A DNA stretch of 64,000 nucleotides. Origin: Macrostomum lignano (lineage: Eukaryota). The DNA is taken from NCBI GenBank assembly GCA_002269645.1, contig NIVC01000926.1:248001-312000 (forward strand), written 5' to 3'. This document shows positions 35,765 through 47,218 of this stretch, in pieces; position 1 is the first letter of the stretch, and every line of letters starts with the position of its first letter. The notes beneath the pieces are model-generated. The model did no database searches. It was not told where the DNA came from and was given only the letters and a program-made list of their open reading frames with translations. The translations under genes and the position numbers were made by a program.

Positions 35765-38393
35765 ACGACTACCCTCCCCCCGGAAATTGAGGACCCCGGC
35801 TGTCGGAGTAAAACAGGAGAAAGAATTCCGTAAGTAATTCTTACTGAATACTTTCCTTAAGAAAGTATTCAGTCAAGCATTCGAGGTACATCAATTCGGT
35901 GTCTGAGGACCCTATTTGAACGCTCGCGCCTAACAAAGACCGCTCGTCTATGACCAAACTATCCTCCCCCGGAATTGAGGACCCCGGCAGCCGGAGTAAC
36001 AGGAGAAATTTCGTTGAGATTCGTCTGCGCGATATTTCCGGATTTAATTCGTGCGAATTCAACGTTGGCGGCAATTCAAAATAAAAACCGCCCACCTCAT
36101 TGCAGTGTCAGCAAAACCCTGCCAAGCCCAAATTTACCGCCAAAAATATAGTTTTCATTCTCCGCCCCCACCTCAAGACCCTATTCTGGGTTGGCTTTGT
36201 TACATCTGCGTTGATTTGTTGCAATTTTTGTTTGCTTTGTAGGCTTTTCACGAAGATCAGTTCTAGAACCAGAATCGGTAGGAAAATGAAAAGCTTAGAA
36301 ACCATTTTATGTTTGTCAGTCTTTACAGTTTAATTTTGTACTTCCTTGACTTTGTTTCCTCTTGGATGTGACAAAAAACGAAATAATTATAGGGCCTATA
36401 CCATTAATAAAAAATGACGATTTCAAATATATTTTACTGTTAAAGTGTAAATATGACAATGGATCAAGAAAAATTTTTGATCCAAATTCCAGAACAAGAA
36501 CACTGTTCTGGAAGCGATTCTGAAAACAGAACAGACAATATGAAAAGCTTTGAACCGATTCTGGTTCTGGAATCGGTAATATGAAAAGCCTATTGGTTGT
36601 GCTAGCCTAGGCCTATGACTTGAAAAAAGCATGGTGAAATTCACAAATCATGATTGGCAAAAGACTAGGCCTAGGCCCTAGTGTATGATTTTTTCCTTGT
36701 GATCACAGTTTTTGTGATTGCGACTGTGATCATAGATTCATGGTCAATCCCTTTTTTAATCTTTTTTCCACTTATGGGCCTAACAATAACATTAACTCTT
36801 TCATGTGATTCTATGAAGTGCATACTAGATGTGCATCACGTGCATGCACATATCACACGCACACTTATCCCTATTGGAATAAGTGTAGAAAACCTGCAGA
36901 CATGCAATATGGGCCTAAAATTTTAGTTCAAAAATGCAACGTGACATTAGAACATGTTGACTTTATACCAAATACAAGCATAGGCCTAGTGTACTAATTA
37001 GATGATAAGGCATTTAGCCTTAATAAGACAGTCAAGTTATTCTTGCCATTTACCTAAAACTGCATTGTGCCAAGACACCATAGGGCATATGCTTTGATTC
37101 TACTAGCAACATGAACATGCCACCAAAAAGTCTTAAATCATGATAGACAGTCAGATGCCTTTTGTCTACTTATACCTATAGGACATATTATTTTCTTAAA
37201 AGTCATGCATGCCAACTATGCACACCTAAATTTAGGCATACAAAGCTAATGCATGCCCAAATTTCTAGGCATATAATACACCCAGGCCTATATATATATA
37301 TATGATTTAGAGTATGGTATATCTTGCATAAAGACGCCTAACCGCAATACCCCTATAACATTTGTCTCTGCCTGGTTGAAAGCTTGTAATGAGTTAGTAG
37401 GCTGGGTTGGAGGATAATAGTCAATCAGGAAGGGCTGTAGGTAGTTGTATAAGAAGAAGGAAGGTAGGCCTTTACCTGTTCCAGTTAATACTCTGACAGT
37501 CTCCTTTGGAATGTCCTCTGAGCAAACAGCCAGCAACTCTATTAAAGCTAGTGTGCCAGAACCATGACTAAGTCTGACCAGGATAGGGCTGTTGGCATGG
37601 CCTAATAGAAATAGTAGGTTGGCGAAGCAAAGGGTGAAATAGTCCTAGCAATTAGCCCTCCTGCCACTTCAAAGATAAGAGACTATCTGGCAAGAGTACC
37701 TAGGGTTTAGTTGGAGGGGGAAGGCTCCTTCGGGTTGCCACGGCTATGGGGGCAGTCAAATGACCAGTATTTGGGACTTCCTAACCTGGAGAAGACATGG
37801 GCTTCCCTGATTGGTTCACTCAACCTCCTCTGGCCCTGGAGAGATTTTGATTTGAGTTTAGAGTAGGCTTAATGCCCCGAAGGCAGGGTGTAGAGCTAGC
37901 CCTTTGCATAATTAGTGTTGACTACTCGGCTTGTTGGCCATATTCACTCTCACTCTAGCTTAAAAACCTTGTGTACCTGAGTACACTCCTAATCTGGAAT
38001 CTATTTTCATTAGTGGCCTAAGAGCCTACTCAAGGGTGAGGCACTGGATTACTTATTTATTTAGTTAGTTAGTTAGTGGCATGTGGGCCACAGTGGAGGT
38101 TCTACATTAGGTAGCTAGATGTTTCTTTAGTCTAGAAGCATCAACCTAGATATGCTTGGGTTTTTATAGTAGCCCTATTTCTTATCTTGAGTGATTATTG
38201 ACTTAAGAAAATTAGCCAACTGGTCTGGAAAAGATTCAAAGTTGCCACATTTATCTTAGCTCTTAGCTGCTAAGGTGTTAGCTCATGGGATACTAGAAAT
38301 AGTTTTTTTGCAACCTTCTCTGCAGCATGCAAGCTTCATTAGACTGTGCAATAGGATACTGCAATAATAAGTAGCATATATGCGCAACTTAGA

Positions 38394-38525
38394 GATTCAC
38401 CCAGCCATTTCTATTGGCAACATACACATGTAAGTCGCTATTGGCTGAGAGCAATCATGTGACTACTATTCTGTCCAATAGCAACTTACATGTGTTTGTT
38501 GCCAATAGAAATGGCTGGGTGAATC
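38394..38525. mobile_element. ~130-bp palindromic MITE
   Basis: gattcacccagccatttctattggcaaca ... tgttgccaatagaaatggctgggtgaatc; a second copy is at about 11070-11185. Confidence 0.75.
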
Positions 38526-41500
38526 CCTAAGTTGCACCCAAGCATGATAAGTAGTAGTTTGCGCATGCTATAGTCTAGTTTATCTTCAAAAATCAGGGGC
38601 TTAAAGAATGGCATCACCATTAGTAGCAGGGATTGACCTGACCTTGGCTTATTTATCCTTAGCAAAGTGAGAACCACTTAGGCCCTATGTATTATATGTA
38701 TTGATGACTTAAAAGGTATATAAGGGCCTATTAGCTGCAATAATTTTGAGTCTGCCTTAGTTGCTTTGTGTCTTGCAAAAAGTAGCTTAAGGCACAATTA
38801 TTTATTATTCAGTTCTTGAAAATTTCATTGAATGCATTTGTTGGCTTAATTAGGCAAAGTTTAGGAAACTGAGCTATGCTGAAGCTAAAAAGTGATTATT
38901 ATAGGCTAGTCAATAATACAGTAGGTAGTTGCTGCTTTTAAGCTTTTCTATAGACAAAAATTAATTTAAAAAGTTAAAAATCAAATTATATAAACTTTTG
39001 GCTCATCCTAGTAAAATATTTTATTTTAGCAATGAATATTTTATTTACAATATAAGGACTGCTTAATAGGCCTAATAATAAGTTGGCAAAAAATCCCATT
39101 TCTGCTCATCCAATTTGCCCAAAATTATACCTACATAAGCATTAACCTAATTACATTCTCAATTTCTAGACAATTTCATGCATTTTTTCATGCAATGAAA
39201 CCAAGCTTCAAAACAATGTCTCAATTCCAACTGTGAGACTCTCTGGCAGCTCAGTTCTCAATGCATTTTCCAGCTCTTGATGTCAGCCAAATCACTTTCC
39301 TTTCAAGTTCTTTTTGATCCTGAAAAAGAGATTTTGGAAACTAAAACCTAAAAAAACATACAATGCATGTTTTTGCTATGAATTTTGACTTATATTTCAA
39401 AAAAGTGTACTATAAAGGGCAGTAAAAAGCTCTTAAAGGAGAAACTGCACAAAGTTGTTTTTATAGAATTGATTCATATGCAAAAAGGACTATAACATGA
39501 TTACCCAGAATACCCATACCCATAAGTCATCATTTTTTAGAAAAGCAAGGTTGTCTATTTAGCATGCAGTCAATTTTCCTTTTAAACAATTTTTCTGATG
39601 GAACTGTTTTCTTAAATGTTGGCAATTTAGCATCTTTGTGATTATACCCTTTGCGTAAACTTTCTAATCCTATCTATGTAAAAAGTAAGTTGTTGTTTCT
39701 ATACTAAGGGTAAACTTTTGTCTTTAATGATTCCTCTCACTGCTATCACCTATAGCTATAATTAGTGCTCTTTGTTTCCTCTCTCTAACTATCCTAGATA
39801 CTGCTACCAAAGTTGTCCTAGGGCTAAACCTATATTTTCTTAGAATTAATCTGAGTATTAGTCTGAATAACTGGATCTAAATATATGTATAAGTATTACT
39901 CTAAGAACTATTCTTAGTATAAGTCCAAGTATTACTATGAGTATTAGTTAACCTTTATATCAGTAGCATTCCTACTTTGTACTTGTAGCATTTGTACTAT
40001 TGCTCCCACTGGTATATACATTGTATTGTATGTATTCCCTTCCTAGTCCTAAGCATTTCTGGGATCAGTGGAGGGTCATGGCCTCTAGTATTCTATATGC
40101 ATTATTAAGGTCTATTACTTTGTATTCTTTCTTCCTGGTTCTCTACTTTCAGTAGTATATATGGTGTACCATTCTTCTACTTCACTTTGCTAGAAAATGA
40201 ATTAACTCAGAAAACACTTCTCACTTTTTTGCTTGGAACACTGCTTTAACCTTCCTATAATTGCTTGAACTGCTAGAGGTGAGTTGGTCTTCCTCCTGAA
40301 ACTCGCTAGTTTATATTTTATATATTTTTATATAAATATATTTTTTATATTATATATAAACTATATTTTTATTGTTTTAATTAATTCACAAAAATATTAT
40401 GAAATATATATTTACAATGTAACAAAATGTTTTTCTAATTTGGCACACATTCAAAATGGATTGTTTATTATTATGGTAAAACTAGAGATAGGGGAGCCTT
40501 TTACATTTCATAATAAAAGTAAATTTACAAAGGCATCCTTTAATTTTATATGTAGCCTAAATTGTCCAAAAATTGCTTTCTGCCTTCTAAAACCAGAGAG
40601 ATTTAATGTGACAATAACCTCTAATGCTGAAATAGCAAATCAAACCTCAATGCTATGTATCATAGAGGCTTCATTTAGATTTGATTTTAAAAGGGAAAAT
40701 TTGTGTATTTTTTAGCTGCTTGAGATCAATAGCTTTAATTTCTATATGTTTAAAATATATTTATTAGGCATTGTTTTTTTAGTAAAAAGCTGTTTTTTAG
40801 GTGATATCAAGTGTCTAGTGTCTTGAATTGTGTATATGATCCTTTTCTGTAATATAAACTGTTGTCTGAGAACATCCACTTGATGATTGATAATAAGTGT
40901 CAGTATCTGCTATGACAATTATAAGGGTATTCATACCAGTGTTAAAGGTGAACAACTAGGTGCTTGATTCAAATCTTGCCAAATCCAATTCTATATAAGC
41001 AATTAATTGCAAACTTTGTTGTGTAGACTGAGTCTTGCTGACAAGAATAATTGAATTGCTCCTGGCAATTGATAGACTATAAAAATACTATGTTTTTAAT
41101 AGCCTCCACAATGGTAAAAACTAATATAAAAGTAATCAATGCACAAAATAAAATGCATATTTCCTAAAGTCTATTATCAACCACCCATGTAGAAAAGACT
41201 CATACAGTTAGCAAAATGATATATTATTTAGCTTACCTCTTTCTTCTATTGGTAAGCCTAGCAGGAACAAACAATTAACTATGTAGAAACTAGTACTATA
41301 AACTCCATACTGAAGTAAAAAATGTATATAAATTATATAATTTATTTTTGAAATAATAAGTTATTATAAACTGAATCACATTTATTCATAGAGAAAGACA
41401 AACCAATAAAGGTAGTCAAATGTAGAAATGTGCAGACTTTAATTGACTGATATCAGTGTTTGCACCAATAATTTACTAGTATAACTATCCTCTATTCCTC

Positions 41501-42422
41501 TTGCTTGTTCTCCCCTATTCCAAGTTCAATTTTCATTGTTTTTTGCCAAACCCTGCTTCTAGTATTACTGTGAGTAGAATGACAATATTTTTCTCATAGG
41601 CCCTTAGATGAGCAAATCAACATGTTTAAGGTGCCAATTTAGCTATTTAGCTAAAAAGTGTTAAAACTATGTGCATATACTTTCAATAGGGGCAGCTTAC
41701 AATAGTTTAAAGTTCATTGAAACATAGTCAAGCAACATTATTTTATGATATAAAAACAAAAACATAGAATATATAGGTAACTTGTTTAGTAGTTAAATTT
41801 TCTTTAAATAAAACACATATCAATTTATATACATTTATATTTCTTCACCACTTTAGTTATAAAAATCATGTACAAAAAACCCTAGAACAAAGTTACATAC
41901 AAAGCCATAAACCCTTCTGCAAACTTAAAATTCTGCCCATAACTTTTCTCAGGCAGATGGTATTGCTATAAAAATCTATTCTTCAATAAAGAAAATAGGT
42001 AAAATTTAAACTAATTTAATTAATATTGCTGGCTATAATAAACAAAGTCAAAAAACTTTGCAGAGTTTTGCAGAATAGTTACAAACAGTTTTAACTATTT
42101 GTTGTGTTATTTAGCTATTTGGCTGTCAGCTATTTTTTGGGTACCTTAATCTCATTAATCTCATTACCTTAATCTCATTTTATAGCTTTTATGTTTAAAC
42201 TGTCTATGAGGCAGAGTTGATACATTTAAAATATGCCAAATACCCTAAGTTAAATTATTCACATAGCCATAGTTATTTGGTAAATTGTTTAGCTATTCTT
42301 ACAATATAATGAGGACTTGACTCCCAAATAAAAATGTGGACTGCTGTGTGTGCTCAGCTCACCCAGTTGGCAAAATTATTGATGACTACTTGCCTCGTTT
42401 TCTGCAGTGCCAGGCATTCTAC

Positions 42423-44855
42423 ATGTCTGACAACAACAATTCAGAGCTTCAGTCTGACGAACTGACAGCACTGGCTAGTATCTATGAGGATGAGATCACC
42501 GAGTTCAATGCCAAGTCTGGCTCATTTGCCATCACTATAAGAGGCAGCAGCAGTGACTGCGACGGGAAGGCATCGCCAACTGTCACGCTGTCCGTGACTT
42601 TCCCGCCTTCGTATCCAACCGAATGTCCGCCAGTGTTTGAACTGTCCGCTCCTTGGCTTCGCGGTGAATCGAGGAGATTATTAGAGAATCGGCTTGTTGC
42701 AGTCTGCCAAGACTTTGCCGGCTGCCCGGTTGTTTACGCTTGGGCTGAAGCTGTGAGACAGTTTATTGATGAACATGCTAGTGCTCAGTGCGACTCTGCC
42801 GCTGCAGATGATCAGGGTGAGAAATATGAATCAAAATTATATCTTACAGTGTTAGTATGATTTCTCTGCTTGGCTTAGAGCCCTCTAAGATTCCCAGTTG
42901 CTGGGCCAGCCTCCCAGAGTGACAGTTGCTGGGCCAGCCTCCCAGAGTGTCAGTTGCTGGGCCAGCCTCCCAGAGTGTCAGTTGCTGGGCCAGCCTCCCA
43001 GAGTGTCAGTTGCTGGCCAGCCTCCCAGAGTGTCAGTTGCTGGGCCAGCCTCCCAGAGTGTCAGTTGCTGGGCCAGCCTCCCAGATGTCAGTTGCTGGGC
43101 CAGCCTCCCAGAGTGTCAGTTGCTGGGCCAGCCTCCCAGAGTGTCAGTTGCTGGGCCAGCTTCCTAGATTCTCAGTTGCTGGGCCAGCCTCCCAGATCCT
43201 CAGTTACTGGGCCAGCCTCCCATATCCCCAGTTGCTGTGCCATCTTCCCAGAATCTCAGGTTGTATTTCATATGTATTCAAACTGCTAATGATATGTCCC
43301 TTTGCCACCGCAGACTCCCACAGTTCTGCATCAAGTCAGCCAACCGCAGCAGTCCCGGCAGCGCTGTCCCCAGAGTCTGCCGCAGCCGCTGAAACTGCAG
43401 AATTTGTCCATGGCGAGCCCATAGAAGACCGACGCAGCGTATTCCAGGCGCACCTGTTGGCCCCAGTTCATAGCGTCCAGCTGGCTAGCAACGCATTGGC
43501 GCAGTTGCTCTCCAGTGAAAAGAAGATCGCCTCTGCTACGCACAATATCTGGGCCTATCGGATTGTCAGACAGAGTCAGACTGGACAACAACAAGGTTTG
43601 TGCCATTGGTCGGTAGCGTCAGGGTTGCAATGCCATTTGGCATCCTGACTTGTGACCCACAGAAGTTGCAGAAGTCTGCAACTGGAAAGTAGAAGTAATA
43701 GAATTCTGAAAACCCCAATAGTTCAAAGAATTACCTGGGTACCGATTTGACATCCGAGAACAATATGCCAAAATATTAACTTCATGTATCATGACTAACG
43801 AAATGACAAACTGAAACCTATATAATGTCCAGTTTTCATAAAAATGTCTTCAAAAATTTCCCCATTATAAGGTTAAGTGTTGTCTTTTTTAGTGTGGAGT
43901 TTGGCTTAAGTTGGGTTTAGGTTAGGGTTGGGTTTAGGTTAGGGTTGGGTTTAGGTTAGGGTTGGGTTTAGGTTAGGGTTGAGTTTAGGTTAGGGTTGGG
44001 TTTAGGTTAGGGTTTTGTTTAGGTTAGGTTAGGGTTGGGTTTAGGTTAGGGTTGGGTTTTGGTTAGGGTTGGGTTTAGGTTAGGGTTGGGTTTTGGTTAG
44101 GGTTGGGTTTAGGTTAGGTTAGGGTTGAGTTTAGGTTAGGGTTGGGTTTAGGTTAGGTTAGGGTTGAGTTTAGGTTAGGGTTGGGTTTAGGTTAGGGTTG
44201 GGTTTAGGTTAGGGTTGGGTTTAGGTTAGGGTTGGGTTTAGGTTAGGGTTGGGTTTAGGTTAGGGTTGGGTTTAGGTTAGGGTTACGATTCGAAAACGTG
44301 CAAACTGCTATGCCAACAATCGAGACGTCCATTTAGCATCGCGAATAAATGTGTGAATGTTCAGGGGTCATTTTAAAAGTTAAAACGTTTATGCCTATGC
44401 TTTTCCCTTGAAATTCTAGTAGAAAATATCTTACAATTTCTAATCATCTACAAATATGTAGATCATTGCTCTTTCAAAATTCAGAGTAAAGATGCTGAAA
44501 TGTACTTTTAGAATGTAGAAGAAAGCAACAATTTCGCCAGGATGCGCCCAGCCCCCTGCCTCAGTGGGTGTCAATAAATGAAATCTTTCAAAAGCCGCCT
44601 ATCTTCCGCACGTGACTTGCAGGCGTCTCATTTTACACCGACTGCGACGATGACGGCGAGCAGCAGGCCGGCGGCCGGCTTCTCCGCCTGCTGGAGCTGT
44701 CGGACACCCGCAACGCTCTGGTTGTGGTGTCCCGCTGGTTTGGCGGCACCCTGCTGGGCCCGGACAGGTTCAAGCATATTAACAATGCGGCTAGGAACTT
44801 GCTGGAACAGCGAGGCGTTATTGAAACGCGTGGTGCTAAGCGGAATAAGAATTGA
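42423..44855 (+). CDS. IMPACT: Protein IMPACT (RWD domain + UPF0029 ancient domain), 3 exons, ~302 aa
   Basis: Exons 42423-42816, 43314-43595, 44623-44855 (phase 1). QSDELTALASIY and FPPSYPTECPP (RWD); DRRSVFQAH, ATHNIWAYRI, DCDDDGE..AGGRLL, VVVSRWFGGTLLGPDRFKHINN. Confidence 0.95.
42893..43230. repeat. 28-bp minisatellite (cagttgctgggccagcctcccagagtgt) in IMPACT intron 1
   Basis: Tandem array; the same family recurs at 45090-45540. Confidence 0.95.
43905..44284 (+). repeat. Telomere-like 17-bp repeat (ggtttaggttagggttg) in IMPACT intron 2
   Basis: Period 17 (TTAGGG at 43922 and 43939); each unit contains TTAGGG. Confidence 0.95.
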
Positions 44856-45089
44856 TAGATTTTTTCCTGTCTACTTGAAATATTAACTAAATTATGTTTT
44901 CTGGTGCAAGTTTATATTTTAATTGATAACTAGAATTTTCTGCATTTATGTGGTTCCATACTGTTGCTTTGTAGAGATCTTGATAATTTTTAAGCATAGA
45001 TAGACTTTGATTTTATTGAGGCTGAGGATTGTAAAGCTTCGTTGCGTTAATTTTCTTCTTTTTCTAGGAATATGTTTAGTGCTAATAGC

Positions 45090-45540
45090 CAGCCTCCCAA
45101 ATCCTCAGTTTCTGGGCCAGCCTCCCAGATCCTCAGTTGCTGGGCCAGCCTCCCAGATCCTCAGTTGCTGGGCCAGCCTCCCAGATCCTCAGTTGCTGGG
45201 CCAGCCTCCCAGATCCTCAGTTGCTGGGCCACCATCCCAGATCCTCGGTTGTTGGGCCAGCCTCCTAGATCCTCAGTTGCTAGGCCAGCCTCCCAGATCC
45301 TCAGTTGCTGGGCCAGCCTCCCAGATCCTCGGTTGCTGGGCCAGCCTCCTAGATCCTCAGTTGCTGGGCCAGCCTCCCAGATCCTCAGTTGCTGGGCCAC
45401 CATCCAGATCCTCGGTTGTGGGCCAGCCTCCCAGATCCTCAGTTGCTGGGCCAGCCTCCCAGATCCTCAGTTGCTGGGCCAGCCTCCCAGATCCTCAGTT
45501 GCTGGGCCAGCCTCCCAGATCCTCAGTTGCTGGGCCAGCA
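45090..45540. repeat. 28-bp minisatellite (cagttgctgggccagcctcccagatcct) between IMPACT and RPL34
   Basis: 24 of 28 positions are identical to the IMPACT intron 1 unit. Confidence 0.95.
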
Positions 45541-45623
45541 TCACAGATTCCAGTCTCACCAGTTCCACCTCGCGCTACCCCGCAGCCACAGCGGCACCGC
45601 CAGCCGTCAGCCCTATCTAGAAG

Positions 45624-46909
45624 ATGACCCACCAGCGCCTGACCCTGAGGCGTCGCCTCTCCTACAACACCAAGTCGAACCGTCGGACAGTGTCCAAGAC
45701 TCCAGGCGGTCGCCTAGTCTATCTCTACCGCAAGAAGCTTGGCGCTGTGCCAAAATGCGGCGATTGCAAAGTGAAGCTGCACGGCGTCACTCCTAGCCGA
45801 CCGATGGAGCGCTGCCGCATGAGCAAACGGCTCAAGACTGTCAACAGGGCCTATGGCGGTTCCCGCTGTCACAAGTGCGTCACTGAACGGTGAGTCATTT
45901 TTTTTAAATATGCTTCATTAAAGTACTAGTAGGTCCTCTATGCAACTGAACACTGAGACTTGCACACAGTGCAGACGATTCTCACCTGTTCTTACTGACT
46001 AGAGGTAGACAATGGCGCTATCAGCTGTAGAAAAATTGACCAAATAAATTACTATGGCAACAGTGCTTCCACTATGGTGTGCCGATAAGTTGTTGCCTGA
46101 AATGTGTCAATAAGCTGCAACAATTCATTCAGATTCTAATACCTTTCACAATGGACTGAATTACTAGCTTAGTATGCATCCTGGTGCACTTTAAGCGACA
46201 TTGTCACACACCCGGCTAGAGGCATTGATGTCCATTCCACCGACCAGTCCCCCTGAGCAGGCACACAAGCGCGCGGATGCGTGTGCAGTCATACGCACAG
46301 GCACACACTCACACAGGAGTGTACGGCGGCCCCCTAACTTTATTTATCGTTAGGCATGTGCACTTCACTGCGCCTGGGTTGGGAATCTGAGGCGTTAATT
46401 GCATGAGCAGAGCCAAGCCGAGATTCCAATTTAGTCTCAAATCAATGTGACTGCACTTGGAATCGAGCCTGGGCCTGTGACAGACATTTTTATCTCAAGG
46501 GCATAGGAAAAAGGACTTGAGAAGAGAGAAGAGGAGAAGGAGAGGGGGGAGATAAGAATGGAGGGAGGCAAAAGAAGAGGCGAGAGAGAAGAGGGTGTAA
46601 AGAGGAGAGAAGAGAGTTAGCTGAGAAAAGATATGTATCTTTTCTTTTCGAGGTATTCAAGGTACAAGGTATCTTTACAAGGTACACACCTTGAGGATTT
46701 GCGATCGACATTTAAACACAAATATTCTCTATAAAACGCCTACACAGACCATGCTAGCAGTACTCTTACAGTTGAATTGGTCAGCATGCATGGAGAAATG
46801 AATTATTGATTTCTCATTTCTAAACTTCAGCATTGTGCGCGCGTTTCTGGTCGAGGAGCAGAAGATTGTGCAGAAGGTGATGCGCGCCAAGGCCAAGGCT
46901 AGCGATTGA
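45624..46909 (+). CDS. RPL34: 60S ribosomal protein L34 (eL34), 2 coding exons, 114 aa
   Basis: Exons 45624-45889 and 46831-46909 (phase 2). [16 protein letters not shown]...KTPGGRLVY...AYGGSRC..CV.ER|[19 protein letters not shown] at 46999. Confidence 0.97.
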
Positions 46910-47218
46910 AATTGAAGCTTCATCCGAAACGCCAGATGTGACAGCAGTAGCTAGTAGTTGATTTGTTCACGTTTAAATGGCAGGAATTCTGTTATTCTAA
47001 TAAAAACATCCGATGGTTTAAGAAACAAGCAGGAATGTGTTGGATCAAATTTCTTGTCTTTCTTTCTTGCTTTTTTAATTTTATTATAGACTTCAATCCA
47101 TAAACCGTTCCCTAGATAATGTTCAATTGTGCTGAAACACACCAATAACGTCAACAAGCGTTCACGAGTGCAAGTAATTGTTTTTTCCTATTTCTGCCAA
47201 GACGCATTCGAACAGACG

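Noticed and set aside
37290-38050. Possible decayed retroelement coding fragment
   Set aside because: It looks like eroded coding DNA, but I could not recover any diagnostic motif in six frames.
40284-40715. 143-aa ORF in AT-rich DNA
   Set aside because: Non-ATG start, low-complexity I/Y/F/N composition and no recognisable motif or splice structure.
42898-43289. LGQPPRVSVAGPASQ repeat ORFs (also 45007-45627)
   Set aside because: They come from the 28-bp minisatellite; IMPACT exons 1 and 2 join in phase without them.
43905-44284. True chromosome end
   Set aside because: The array is a 17-bp variant, internal, and lies within an intron of an intact gene.
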